Below, piece by piece: positions 37,601 to 50,247 of a stretch of 63,412 nt of DNA. Within the stretch, counting starts at the first letter, position 1; each line of letters opens with the position of its first letter. The notes beneath the pieces are model-generated. The model had not been told where the DNA came from, did no database searches, and was given only the letters and a program-made list of their open reading frames with translations. This DNA is from Reclinomonas americana ATCC 50394 (lineage: Eukaryota), in contig PS015015.1 of assembly GCA_048213135.1 (NCBI GenBank), positions 1 through 63,412 on the forward strand. The letters run 5' to 3'. The position numbers and the translations under genes were made by a program.

Positions 37601-40600
37601 GTTACGTGCCATGGGCAATCGCTCACCTGCTGTGTGATCGCTCACTGCTCTCCCCTCTGTGTTTGTGTGTACGACGCAGCTCCCGCACGGCCGAAGCAGC
37701 TGGCGCCTGTGAAGCAGCGTGACACCACACACAGTCCGCAGCCTTCACATTTGTTTACGAAGCAAGTCGTCCGCAGCGTCGATTTCCAGCACACACCCGT
37801 CACTGTGGCCACGCAGCAGACCATGGTGTCGGCCGGTAAGTCAACCTTTTTTCCCTCTCTTCCGCCTGTGTGTACTCACTCACACCACTTGGATGGTGCG
37901 ATCATGCAGGATCGCCAGTGAGTCACATGCGCCATCTGAGCGAGGTCGACACGTGGAGTTCGTCTGCGTCGTCCGGCAGCTCAGCCGCCTTTACACACGG
38001 CGATATGCTGGCGGCACTGCACGCCGATTCGCTCGATGTGGATGTGGCAGATGCGGAGAACGTCGTCGGCTCGGTGGCGCTCATGCATGTGGCGGCGCCT
38101 CATTCTCCCTCGTTTGCTTTCCGCGACCACAAGCCGTTGTCGCCCGTCAACAATGCGCCAGCGTCTGGCCTTCGATCTCCGACATCACTGGAGAATGTGT
38201 CGATTGTGACGCAGGATCAGTCGCGTGCCGAGTGCGTTGCCATGAACGCGCCTCGTGCGTCGCCATTGAGCGAGATCACCAACATGAGTTCCCGTGTGCC
38301 TGGCGCCATGTCCAGTCCGCGCGAGGAGCCCGGAAGCCCACCGCCGAGATCGGCTTCGGCAGGCTCGGAGCCTTCTGTTCGTTCGCCACCCTCACAGTCG
38401 CAGCAACAGTCGTACTCGTCGCCACCCGCACCACCCGCGGCGTCGCTTCGTGCGGCCAGTGGCTCCCCGCCGGCGGTGCCGCCGGCAGGACTGGCCTCGC
38501 CGTCGCATGTGGCGGTGTTGGTGGTGGCCTCTCCACGGCCAGCTACTCCACCTCCGTCGCCGCCAGTGGTCACGGTGGTGGCGTCTCCACCAATGTCCGA
38601 CGACGCGGCGGCCAGCGCACCTCCGTCCCACTCGACTGCGCCATCGTCGCCCATGCCGGTGTCGCCCATGCCCGCCGCCGAATCTGTGCCGTCTCCAGTG
38701 CCCTCAGTTGACGAGACGGCGCCGTTGTCTCCAGAGGACCAGACAGCCTCGGCCACGGCAGCCGAAGCAGCAGCATCACCAACAACAGCTGCGGCGGCGG
38801 CGGCGGCATCAACGGCATCGTCGGTCATGGATGACTTTTTCGGATTTGCACCCGTGGTGCCGGCAAAACAGCAGTCGAGCCCGCAGGCAAGCCTATTCGG
38901 CGTTGTCTCCGTGCTGCCGCAGCCGGAGCTGCATCGACAAGAGTCCGACGGCCGCCTCACCATGCGCGATCCGTTCGACGACATGTTCGACACTGGTCAC
39001 GAGCAGGCGGTGCTGAGTGCCGCCGCACAGGATGTTGTGTCGCAGGCGTCTGGCGCTGCTGCTGCTGCTGCTGCTCCGCCAGAGGAGCTTGTCATGTCGC
39101 CGTCCGAGTGGCACTCGGATGTTGGCTCTGACCTGACGCCGCAGTCAATGTCGACGTTTGGATCGCCGACTGCACCCGTTGGCGTCTCCACTGCTGGTGC
39201 TGCGGCCGCGTCCCTTCCCGCTCTCTCCGCTGGTGATCAGCCTGTGTCACCGGTGCCGACGTTGGACTTGTCGCGTGTCTCGAACCCGTCTGCCGGACCA
39301 CCGCCACGGCCGGTGGTGCCTGTGCCGTCCAGTTCGGTACAATCGTCGGCCGGTGCTCCGCATGACGATTTGGCCATGGTGCTCATCACACCAAAGAGTC
39401 CTGCGCCTCCCGACACTCCGCATTCCGCCTCCCATCCCGCCAATTCCAGTGTCGTTGCGTGCTGTGCTTGCATGCCGTGGTTAACAAACAGTGACACTCA
39501 TGCTTGCACAGTCGGCGACGCCGCGCTCCGCACGACTGGAGGCCGGAATCATTGATTCATCCGACGAAGAGGAAGAGGAGGAGGAGGAGGAGGAGGGTCA
39601 TGGAGCAGCAGTTACCGCAGAAGACGACGAGCACGCTGCGCTCACCAGCGTCGCCACACCGAAGAAGCTTGTGGCGGAGCGATCGGTTCGACTGTCGCTG
39701 TGCATGTGTATATGTGTCTCTGCATGTGTTGCTCATTGTATGTTGCTGGTAGCCGCCGCGTGATGCCACCGCCGCCGCGGGCACGCCACCGACCGCCGCC
39801 GCCGCAGCGCCTCTGGTTTGTCCTTCCTCTTGTGTCGTTTCTCTTTGCCATTGCATTCTTTCTAACTCGGATGATGTGCAGTCGGTCACGCCGGGTGGCG
39901 AAAGTGCCAAGTTGCTTGAGGTGTGGCCAGTGTACGCGCGTACTCTTGTGTTCTGTGTATGGGCGGGCGCTGACACATGCGTCTGCGCTGCAGATGGCTA
40001 CGCGACTGGAGAACATGGACAAGCTGTTGTCGTCGCTGTTGACAGCGTCTCCCGACGGATCTCCGTCACACGCTCGCAGTCGAAGCGAGCAGCTACCGAG
40101 CAATGCACTCGCTACTGCGGAAACGGTTTGCCTCTGTAGATTGCAGTCATGCATTCCGAGCGTCTTCTTCTCACGCGCTGGCATGTGCTGCACAGTTGTA
40201 CGCCGGCTCGTCACTCGACGATGTCACGTCGGAACAGTTCCTGCGCGACGAAGCAGAAGCTGAGGCTGCCGCAGCCTCCCTGTCGCTCGGCTCCTCCTCT
40301 GCAGCGCCGCCAGTGGTACCGTGGAGTGCGGGAGCGGTGAGTCTTACACGTCATGTCCGTGGGCTGTCGATGCAGTCTGGCACTCACACTGCGCCGTCGT
40401 CTGCAGTCGCAGACACCAGCCAAGATTGGTGCGCTGGCGCCACCTGCTCCGAGCAGTGACGCAGAAGTTGCGCATATTCATCTCGCCCAGCGCAGCGTTC
40501 ACCAACTGATCTGCGTGTGTGTGTGTGTGTGTGTGCGTGCAGACGCTGGAGCGAGTATTTGTTTCACCGCGCGAGGCCGCAGAAGCAGTTGCGGCAGACT

Positions 40601-43600
40601 TCCTTCATACCTCTTCTCATCTTTTGCTCACACTTGGTGTTGCGAGTAGTTGGGCGTGCTGCTGACGGACTCGGAGGAGGATCTGTCTGGTGATGAATCG
40701 GAGGGCGGCGCGGCCGAGTCGAGCGAGGAAGAGGATTTGCCGCCGGACGCGGGTGTCATCATGAAGTCTCCATCAAGCACGACGACGGGTACTCCCCGAT
40801 CGCCACCTTCTGGCACACCACGATCGCTCATGGCTGCTGCGATGGCCGCCGGTGTGCTGCGCTCGCCAACCAATTCCTCGTCGGTGAGTTGTCTCGCTCG
40901 CTGCAACGCACCACCAGCATGCATGCCTCACAATTGTGTATTCTTTCGTAGCCGCGCTCCCAGCCAGTGGTCAAATCGATTCAGCCACTGACGGGTATCG
41001 GTGGCATGACAGCTGGGCCGGTGAGCTGCTGCTGAGTGTGTTGATTTGTCGGTTGCTTTCGTATTCATTGTCGTTGCGTGCAGACGGTGGGCACTCCCGG
41101 CACCGCTTCGTCGCCGGTTTCGAATGTGCTCGTGGCTCCGCCCTCGTCACAGCAGCTGTGGTCGCCTCCGCAGAATCGGGTTTGTCATTGCGTTCCTCTT
41201 CTGACTTGTGTCACGAGACTCACGTGCAACGTGGCGTGCAGCACATTGCGGATGAGTCGATGGACTCACTGCATCCACCAGTGAAGCATTCACCCTCACC
41301 CGGCATCGCGCGAGGCAAGCACTTGTCGCCGTCGCAAATGTCCGGTGGCTCGCCCGGTTCTCTCTCGTCGGTGCGCATCGCCGTGACAACGCTTACTCGC
41401 CTGTTCAATTCCCGCTCATCATCTCATGTTGTCATTTCCCATCGCGCAGCTGCAACTGAGTCCTGCCAACGTGCACGGCAGCGGCGGCAAGGTTTGCAAC
41501 ACGCGTACTTGTGTGGTTGGTATGTGCAATTGTGTTGTTTGCTTATTTCTGTGGTAGACGGGACAGGCGGTCTCCACCGTGACACCACCGCAGCCGGCTT
41601 CGTACCTCGCTGTTGCGTCGCTCTCTTGCTACATTGTCGTCACGTGCTGGATGCTGACGCGAACGTGTAAATTTGCGCGCAGGTTCCGTCCGACACGTGG
41701 GAGAGTCCAGCGGCACCGGGCGACGCCGCGGAGGGTGGCGCAGCAGCAGCACCGAAGCCTGCAGTCGCTGGCCGTGGCCAACATGCGGCGCGTGGACGCC
41801 TGTCCTTTGGCACGAGAGGCAAGAATGCAGGATCTGTGACTCCGCCGCGCATGCAGACGATTCCAAAGCCAGTGCGTTCGCGCACGCCGTCCGATCGCAC
41901 TCCGCCGTCGTCTGCACGCGGGGCCACGAAACCGACCGAGGCTGGCGCTGCGGGCGCGTCGACCACGGTCGGCTCGCTCTCCGCCCGAGCCTCCACCGAG
42001 CGACGAGCGACGCCATCCGGTCGCGGTTCCTCAGCACAGCCACTTCCTCGGCCACCATCGCGTACCGTGTCGCCCTCGGTGCCAGCCGCCGACAAGCGTC
42101 GCCCTGTAGGCACCGCCGCTGCTCGTCCTCCTTCTCGCTCTGCCGCAACTGGTACGGTCACAGTGGCGGCCTCGCAACTCCTGACGCCCACTGCGGGCAC
42201 CTCCGCAGCGGCGACTACTCCGTCCACTGCGACGGCGGTAACAGCGGCGACTGGTTCTGCGACTCGTCCGCCGCGCGTTTCGCGGGCACGCATGTCCATG
42301 TCACCACAGCCTGGGCATCCGGATCGCAAGGCTGCGGCTGCAGCTGCGGCCGCCAACCTGCTGTCGGTTGGTCAGTCGCCGACGCCGTCGGGCCGTCTGT
42401 CAGTGCCGGTGACGGCGGCCGCGGCCGGTTCGTCGCAGTCGCCCGCGCCTCAGGCAGCCGCTGCTGCCCGGCGCACAGGTTCACCCGCCGTCGGCCAGTC
42501 AGCCGGCAAGCGTCCGCCGTCGGTGACGTCGCGTGCATCACCGGCACCTGCAGCTCCGCCGGCAAAGAAGCCGCGACCGCCACCACGCCCAAGACCGTCA
42601 AGCGCCGCACAGTCGTCGCCATCACTCAAGCATTCGGATGGCAGTGAGATAACGCGCTCGCCTCCAACGCAGTCAACCACTGTTTCGTACTTTGACACTT
42701 TCCCCTCCCTTGTGCTTTGCGTCTCTACTCACTCGCCAGTGACACAGGTGTCTGCTGGCTTGAGACCGCCGAGTGGATCGCGACGTACGGCTACTCCGTC
42801 TCCGGTGCCGACCGTGCGCATTACCGAATCGTCGCCACTGCGGCGACCACCACTGGCCACCGACGCCAAGCTGACGACAACGACAACTACAACAACAACA
42901 ACAACAACGGCGTCCTCGTCGTCTGCGTCATCACCGACGGCGTTCACTGGCGCCAACGATTCTCTCCCCACCAAGGAGCCGCTCGGATCCACTCTCGGGG
43001 TGGCGGAGCGGACGGCACGAAGCACAAGTGCGCCGCGCTCATCGTCGGCCGCCACAAAACGAGGTTCGTTGCTTGCTCTTTGTTGTTTTTTTCCCAATCG
43101 CACCTCTGTCTCACCGATGCGCAGTGCTGGCGTCGTCCCCTCGATCGACCATGTTGAGTCCGCGCTCGCAGTCGTACTTGCCTGCCTCGCTGGAGGAGCA
43201 AGAGAAGCGACTGCTGGCGGTCACTGAGTCGATATTTGGTACCGATGTGGCGCCACTGGTGGTGTCTAGCTTTGAGGCTGCGGCTTCGGGCGAGCTGGAC
43301 GAACCCAAGACCGACATTCTGCCGCCAGAGCCGCCTACTGTGGTTCCAGGCATTACGGATGAGGAGGCACCCAGCAGCAAGCACTCGCGCAGTCCACTGC
43401 CGTCGCCACGTCGTCGGCTTTCACCGGGCGAGAAAGCGGCGGCGGCCAAGGCGAGCAAGGTGCGACGGACGCCGAATCCGTGGCTACCTGCTCCATCCGT
43501 CAAGGTCGAGGTCGCCAGCAGTGGCGGTGTGATGGTGATTCCGCCGCCGCCAGTGACAACCACGACTACTGCGACTGCAGCAGAGTCGGTGCCGGCGAGT

Positions 43601-44818
43601 GATCCGGCTCCGTCGTCGGCGACAGCGTCCGCGGAGGAAGGCACGACAACGATCAGCATCCCCTTGCCGACGCCGCGCCAAGTGAGGCCGGCTGTCCTGG
43701 CGCCAGAGTTGGCAGCCGCGGTGGCGGCGGCGCGCAAGGCGCGTCAGGACCAAGCGGTGCCGTCGATTCGCAATCCGCGCGCACAACGCGTTGTCACGGA
43801 CGACGGCAAAGTGGTGCGTGAGCTCACTCGCTGTCTGCTCTCTGTATTCGATAATGTTGTTTTTGACGCTGGTGTCCGTGTTGTGACTGCAGCAACACCT
43901 GCTCTCTCGTTCTCGCTCGACTACGGGCGCACAGCGCGCCACTCCAGAGTCCACCAAGACGCAGGTGAGTGGGTGTGCGCGTTTCTGCTTTTGTGCTATT
44001 CATTGTGGTCAACTGAGAAACATGCACCACAGCCCGAGTCGCGTCAGCCACGATCGCCGTCGGGTAGCCCGTCCACAACAAGCGCCGCAACGGCGCGCGC
44101 ACTGGCCCCGCAGCTGTCGCCACCAANNNNNNNNNNNNNNNNNNNNNNNNNNNNNNNNNNNNNNNNNNNNNNNNNNNNNNNGACCTCACCGCGCTTCGTC
44201 CACAAGGACCAGTCGCCGCGGCGTGTCGTGGTCGACCCGTCGCCGCAGGTGTGGCTGACACCAGACGGTCGCCAGTCGGAGACGGCTCTCGTCGATCGCG
44301 ACATGCCGACCCCAGTGACAACCGGCGAGCAGTCGCCCACGTCGTCTGCCGATGGCGGCAGTCCGCCGCAGGCACAGCTGCGAGCATCGTCCACACGCCC
44401 GCTGGTCACACCAACGCCAGTACCGCTGCTGTCGACCATTCCACAAAAGCCGTCGGCGCAGCCGCCTAAGTTGTACGTGGCGACCACCATCACGACCACC
44501 AGCAACCCGGGCTCCTCGGGAGATGCCGACAAGTCGGATCCGCCGCCGCTGAGCGCTCGCCGCACTCCATCCATGCAGCTGCAGGCCGGCGAAGGTGGCG
44601 AAGCGAACGGCAGGCGCAGCGTCGTGCCACGGCCAAGCACGGCAAACGCCACCACAGCCGTGCCGCAGATGATTGGTTTCCAGAGGAGGCAGCCGGCTCC
44701 GTCGCCGACGGTGGTGATCTTGTCGGTGGAGTCGCAGCCGCTGCCGCTCCCGCAAATCGTGCTGGACAGTCCGTCGTCGGCGGCCACTGCCGCCACAGCG
44801 GCGGAGGATGAACGGTGA
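34625..44818 (+). CDS. HAP40: HAP40 (F8A1)-like protein, 5' end in gap, apparently continuing into a very long Ser/Pro/Ala-rich disordered C-terminus (could be two genes)
   Basis: AEEAVGHASAQSQAFLEAARLLM; NLYTEMGEALMRLGHHADAALHFEKAA; DYETAVTLL; CRVSCFLLFLIL; LDTILDACEAHD..VLSPEQ resemble HAP40 (34625-35800); downstream exons can be chained in frame. Confidence 0.7.
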
Positions 44819-44848
44819 ACGAAACCAATAATGTAAACACTCTGCATA

Positions 44849-46384
44849 TTATCGTTTGACCACGTCGCCGTGCTCGGTGGTGACGAGCTCGCCACCAAAA
44901 CGAGAGGGATCGTTCAGTTCGGGCGGGATGGCCTGATGCATGCGTCGCAACAACTTGCGCAAGTCGCTGGCGTACGCACAATCCAGCGTGAGGAACGCCG
45001 TGGCGTGACCAACGACGCCGGCGCGACCCGTGCGCCCAATGCGATGCACATAATCCTGCAGCGCCTCTGGCATGTCAAACAGGACGACCAGCGTCACGCC
45101 GCTGACGTCGAGTCCGCGGCTCGCCAAGTCTGTGGCCACCAGCACGTCTACCTTGCCTGCATGACACGACAAGGTAAGGACTGGGAAGTGGCACTCTGCG
45201 ACCTGCCACGGTCTCCCGCACCTTCACGAAACGCACGGAGCACACGGAAACGGTAGGCTTGTGTCAACTCGCCGTGCAGAGGAGCCGCGTGGAACTGCTC
45301 CTCACGCAGCCAGCGAACAACGATGTCGACCATTTCGTGATTGTTGCAAAAGACCAGCACCGGCGGCGCTGGTGTGCGACGAAGGGTCTCCAGTAATCGG
45401 CGCTGTCACCGACTTGTGAGTTAGGAGAAACACACAACGTGTGTGCACACACACACAGGTGTCAATAGCAAACCTTCTTGTCTCTGCGCTGCACAAACTC
45501 CACATTCTGAATAATGTCGAACGAGGCCAGCGACTTGTCGCCCACTTCGATGATGACCGGGTCGCGTGTGGCCGCCCGCGCCAGTGCATCCAGTCCAAAC
45601 GGCAGCGTTGCCGTCATGAGAATGGACTGGCACGTGGAGGTGGCCGACACCAGCTGCGTCGGCTCACTCGGCATGTGAACGGCTCGCAGCAACTGGTGGA
45701 GCACACGACGCACTCAGCATCAAACAGTGACAACTGGATTCACAGCGCGTGGCCAAACCTCGTGCACATCCTCCTGCATGCTGATGTCCAGCATGCGATC
45801 GGCCTCGTCTAGCACCAAGTAGCGCACTCTGCTGATCGGTAAGCCACGAGGCAACACAGCAGCAACGCGACGTGCACGCGACGCAACTCGGCCAGCGAGA
45901 TCAGCGATCGGCGAACGAAATCCAGCAGCCGCCCAGGCGTGGCGCACACCATATGACACCCATGCGCCATGGCCGCCAGCTGCGACGACTCAGGCACTCC
46001 GCCAACAACACCCACCATGTACAGCGGATGCGGAACTGTCGCACGAATGAGCAAGCATAGCGAGGGCATGCTCAGCACGAGGACGACGACGCACTGGTGG
46101 ACAACAGCGTGCGTGCCACATTGTAGATCTGCTCGACCAGCTCACGCGTCGGCGCCAGCACCAACACACGCGGCGACGGCACCGCAGTCACATGCCCGAC
46201 AAACATCGCCGGCTGCTCCTCCACCAACCGACACAACGGAAGCAGATACGCCACGGTCTTGCCGGAGCCCGTCGGCGCCGTCGCCAGCACATCGCGACCG
46301 GCAAGCACACACGGCACAGTCTGCATCTGCACAGGCGTCGGCACCTGCGCTCCCATGCTCTCCACCAGCACTCGCACAGTCGTC
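44849..46384 (-). CDS. DEAD-box RNA helicase (DDX59/DDX41-like), 5' end in gap
   Basis: [60 protein letters not shown]. Confidence 0.93.
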
Positions 46385-46404
46385 NNNNNNNNNNNNNNNN
46401 NNNN

Positions 46405-47516
46405 TGTTGCTGTTGCTGCGGCCGGAGTTGAGCACACCAAGCCTGCGCCGCATGAGGAGGAGGCAGAGCGCGAGGAGGGGGAGAAGAGGGTGACTCATTG
46501 GGAACGAGTGACGAGTGGAGCGGGGTTGAGTGAGGCGTTGCAAGCCAAGGTGCACGCAGCGTGCGCGGTCATTCGTGAGAGCCTGGAGCGCTTTGAAGGG
46601 TGCGTGCCTGTGTGTGTGAGTATGTGTGGTGTGAGAAAAAGGATTCGTAACGAATCTGTTCGAATCTCAGTCCACGAGGCTTGGCCTTCAGCTTCAATGG
46701 TGGCAAGGACTCGACTGTGCTCTTACATCTGGTCATGGCCACACTGGCTGCGGAGGTTACGCAACTCACACATGCTCTTCTCTCTCACATCTCTGTGTGC
46801 TGACTGTTTCCGTAGGGCTCCGATTACCGGCAAGTGCTGTTTTTCTTCATTGACAATGAGCAGAACTTCCCCGAGATGATTGAGTTTATCGAGAACACGG
46901 ACCGCGAGTGCGTTTTTCCTCTCTCATCCACGGTGTTGTGTTTGTGTCGCTCACGTCGGGGTTGCAGGTATTCATTGCACTTGCAGAACATTAGCAAGTC
47001 GCTGAAGGAAGGCTTGAAGGATGTGCTGGACAGCAGGCCTGGCCCGTGTGGTGTGTTCATGGGCACAAGGAGAACCGATCCGTACTCGGGTGCGTTGTCC
47101 TCGCATGCGTGTGGGGCCTATGTGGTGTGTCCTTAATGAGTTATTTTGGGGGGGTAGAGAAACTCGCCGTGTTTCACCCAACGGATGCTGGCTGGCCGGC
47201 GTGCACGAGGATACATCCGATTCTCGACTGGAGCTACGCTGATGTGTGGGAGTTTTTGAGGAGTCTCTCGATCCCCTACTGCTCGTTGTACGATCGGGGC
47301 TACACGAGCATTGGTGGCGTGCACAACTCTCGTCCGAACCCGGCACTCCGCATCTCCGGCCGCGTGTCGTCTGCCTCCTCGTCGTCCTCTTCACTGTCCT
47401 CCTCCTCGTCATCTTCTGGCGACGAGGACGACGACGAAGCAGCGATGCCCAAGTATCTACCAGCATATCTACTGGAAGATGAGGAACTGGAGCGCGACAG
47501 TCGCGTGAAAAAGTAG
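46405..47516 (+). CDS. FAD1: FAD synthase (PAPS-reductase-like FMN adenylyltransferase), 5' end in gap
   Basis: [76 protein letters not shown]. Confidence 0.93.
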
Positions 47517-47682
47517 TAATAGGCAACTTGACTCCACCATCATTGGTTTGCTGTTGTTGTTGTTGTTTTGTTTGCGTGTGTAACAAGTTTGCATGTTGTG
47601 CAAGAGATCCTACATTTTAATGAACTCTTTTTGTGCACATGCACGTATTACACGCGGACTCGCCGATCACGCTCCTTCCCCG

Positions 47683-49540
47683 TCACCGAGCACTGAATGC
47701 GGATGGCGGCGAACCAGGTGCCGCCGGATTGGAGTGCGGCGGCGAAAACCGTGGGACACCCGCACGCAGACGATGGTACGCACCGGCAGGCTCCGAGCGC
47801 GTTGGCGACGTCGGCTTGTGCGGCGGTGACAGCTGATGTGTCAGGCGCATCGGCTGATGTGGGAAAGGAAAGGAAAGGAAAAGGCTTTGAGCTGACGATG
47901 ACTAGAGTGGGGAGGAAGAGCGGCTACGATAACGCACCACATGTCGCAGGAGGGAGCTGGGGACTGGGGGCTTGGGATCCTCAAACGCCATGGGCTGGCT
48001 CGACAAGAACGGCGGTGCCGGCTTCATGGGCCAGCGGAATTGCTGCACGATCAATCTCCCCTGTCAGCAACAACAACAACACGATGCGCAAGTGAGAGGC
48101 TGTGCCCAAACGCAACATATTCGACTTTGGCGAGTCCGACTTGATCCGGGTGAATGTAGGAGAGGAGTTTTTGTGCGGGAGTCGGCTTGATCTTCAGCTC
48201 CTGAATCATCTTGGCCGAGGAGCCGAATGCCGGACGGCACTCCGGCTGCGATAGAGGCAAAGGGTGAGCAAAGTCGGGTCAATCAACTCTCGCGCGCACA
48301 AGGAGAACAAGAACGAAACAGGTGGCGGTGGTGGAAGTGGGTCCTGCAGGTAGGAGAACAGTGGCTGTGGTGTGGTTGCAATCTCGTAGCCCATCTTCGT
48401 GGCAATGCCGAACGGTGGTGACTTGGGATTCGGCGAGGCAGGTGGTGAGGGGCGCGGATCAATGTACTGTGCACACAAACATGCACAAGTGTCAGTCACT
48501 TTGTGTATCAACAACACTCGCACACACACGGATGCGTTTACCGTCAACAAGTGACTGGCGTCGGTCGGCGGCTTGTCTTGCTCGTAGCCCATGGGTGAGC
48601 CGACGCCAAAGGGTGGGCGTGCCGCCGGCTGGTGTCATCATCAGCGAACAGTCACAACATCGACAACAACAAGTACAACAGAAACTCACCGGTGTGTGGT
48701 CGTCCTTGATCTCTCGCAAGCAGGTGAGCAAGTCGCCGGATTCGGGCTTTGGCGTCTTCACCTGCCAGCTTTGATGGGAGCTGAACATGAACGGCGGTGG
48801 TGGCTTGCGTGCCCTCGACCGCGGCGACAGGACATCATTCACCGCCCGCGCTCCAATGGCCTCCACTTGCTCCGCAAAGTAATCCTCCAGCGTCTTGCGC
48901 TTCTCCGCCAATCGTCTGTGGTGGCATGTGTAAGTGCTTGTACTCTTCCGTCTCGGAAACAAACGGGCCACGCAACTGCTCCTCCATGGGACTGTGCGTG
49001 ACCTCGGCCAGCGTGTCGGAGATTCGCCGCGGTGACCGTGGTGGCGGCTGTGGCTCCTCGTCCGCGCTCTTGGCAGCATCTCGCCACAGAGTACTCGCTC
49101 GTCCAGCTGCGGAGAGAGAGTGAGTGAGAAAGAGTCAGGAGAATGTGCGCGCAGATAGATACTCACTGACAGCTGCGCGCGTGGCCGTCGGCCGCACGAC
49201 CGGCGCAAACAAAATCTCGCGACTGCGCTTGACACCCGTTGGACTGCGCGGCGAGCCCGCCGATCGCGGACTGCGGCTCTTATCCAACCTGCCCCCAGGA
49301 AGAAAAAAAGTCAATGTCCGTGTGCAAATCAACCGTCAACACTCACGTAGCAGGCACTGACCGGTCTAGAATGTCATTGAGTGGCCGCGGCCCAGAAGCC
49401 GGCGCCCGAGTCGGTGACTCATCCGCAGTCGATGACAGTGCCGATGGTCTTCGCCGGCCTCGCAGACTCTGATCAATCTCACTGCATTTGTCGACACACA
49501 ATCATCATTAGCACAATGAGTCATGGCAGAGAAGGAAGGA

Positions 49541-49571
<31 letters not shown>

Positions 49572-50062
49572 NNNNNNNNNNNNNNNNNNNNGGGGGGAGG
49601 GAGAGAGAGGCAGAGAGAGAAGAAGAGTATCCTGTGTCTCTCTCTCACCTGTTTGTTGGAGGTGGTCCTGTGGGTGAGGGCACACGAGTACTGCGCACGG
49701 CCAACTTCTGCAGTCGCGTCATGGCATCGGGCGACAGTGCGCCGTGTCCTTGATGCTTCCGCTCCACAATGAGCGACTGCGCGGAGGAGGCCACCGAGAC
49801 CATACTGCTCGAGTCCTCTGCGCGTCCACTCACTCCACTGTCCACGAGCACAGAGCCCATGGACGAGGCCATGGTGCTCTCAGAGTGCACAGTGCGCGCT
49901 GTGTGTGTGAAAGTGTGTGAGTGAGAGTGGCGCGGCTCTCGTCCAGAACTCAAAGTAATGTGTGTGTGTGTGCATGTGTGATGTGCTTGTGTGTGTGTGC
50001 GTGTGTAGAGCCGCACCTGAGAGAGGCCCAACATCGGCCGCAGCACTGCGCGGAGTCAGCAT
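47683..50062 (-). CDS. Ser/Pro/Arg-rich protein with five ~30-40 aa PPFG..M..E..LLxY repeats; unknown function
   Basis: Manual splicing from MLTPRS (50062) to TGA at 47683; repeats lie in 47930-48810. Confidence 0.6.
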
Positions 50063-50247
50063 TGCAGTCGTGATGACTGTGATGAATGATGAACCTGGAT
50101 GAGGAACTGTAAAAATTCACCGTAGGTAGACAACCCGCCGTGGACAGTCGTTTTTATCGGTTTCAGGCACTTGTTGAGAGGGTGAAAAGCTGCTGTTGAT
50201 CACCTCACCGCTCTCCTCGCTTTCTCTTTCTCGGTGCATGGGCTGCG

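Noticed and set aside
46385-46404. Helicase and FAD synthase apparently diverging within 20 bp
   Set aside because: The 20 N are a placeholder gap hiding both start codons, so the true spacing is unknown.
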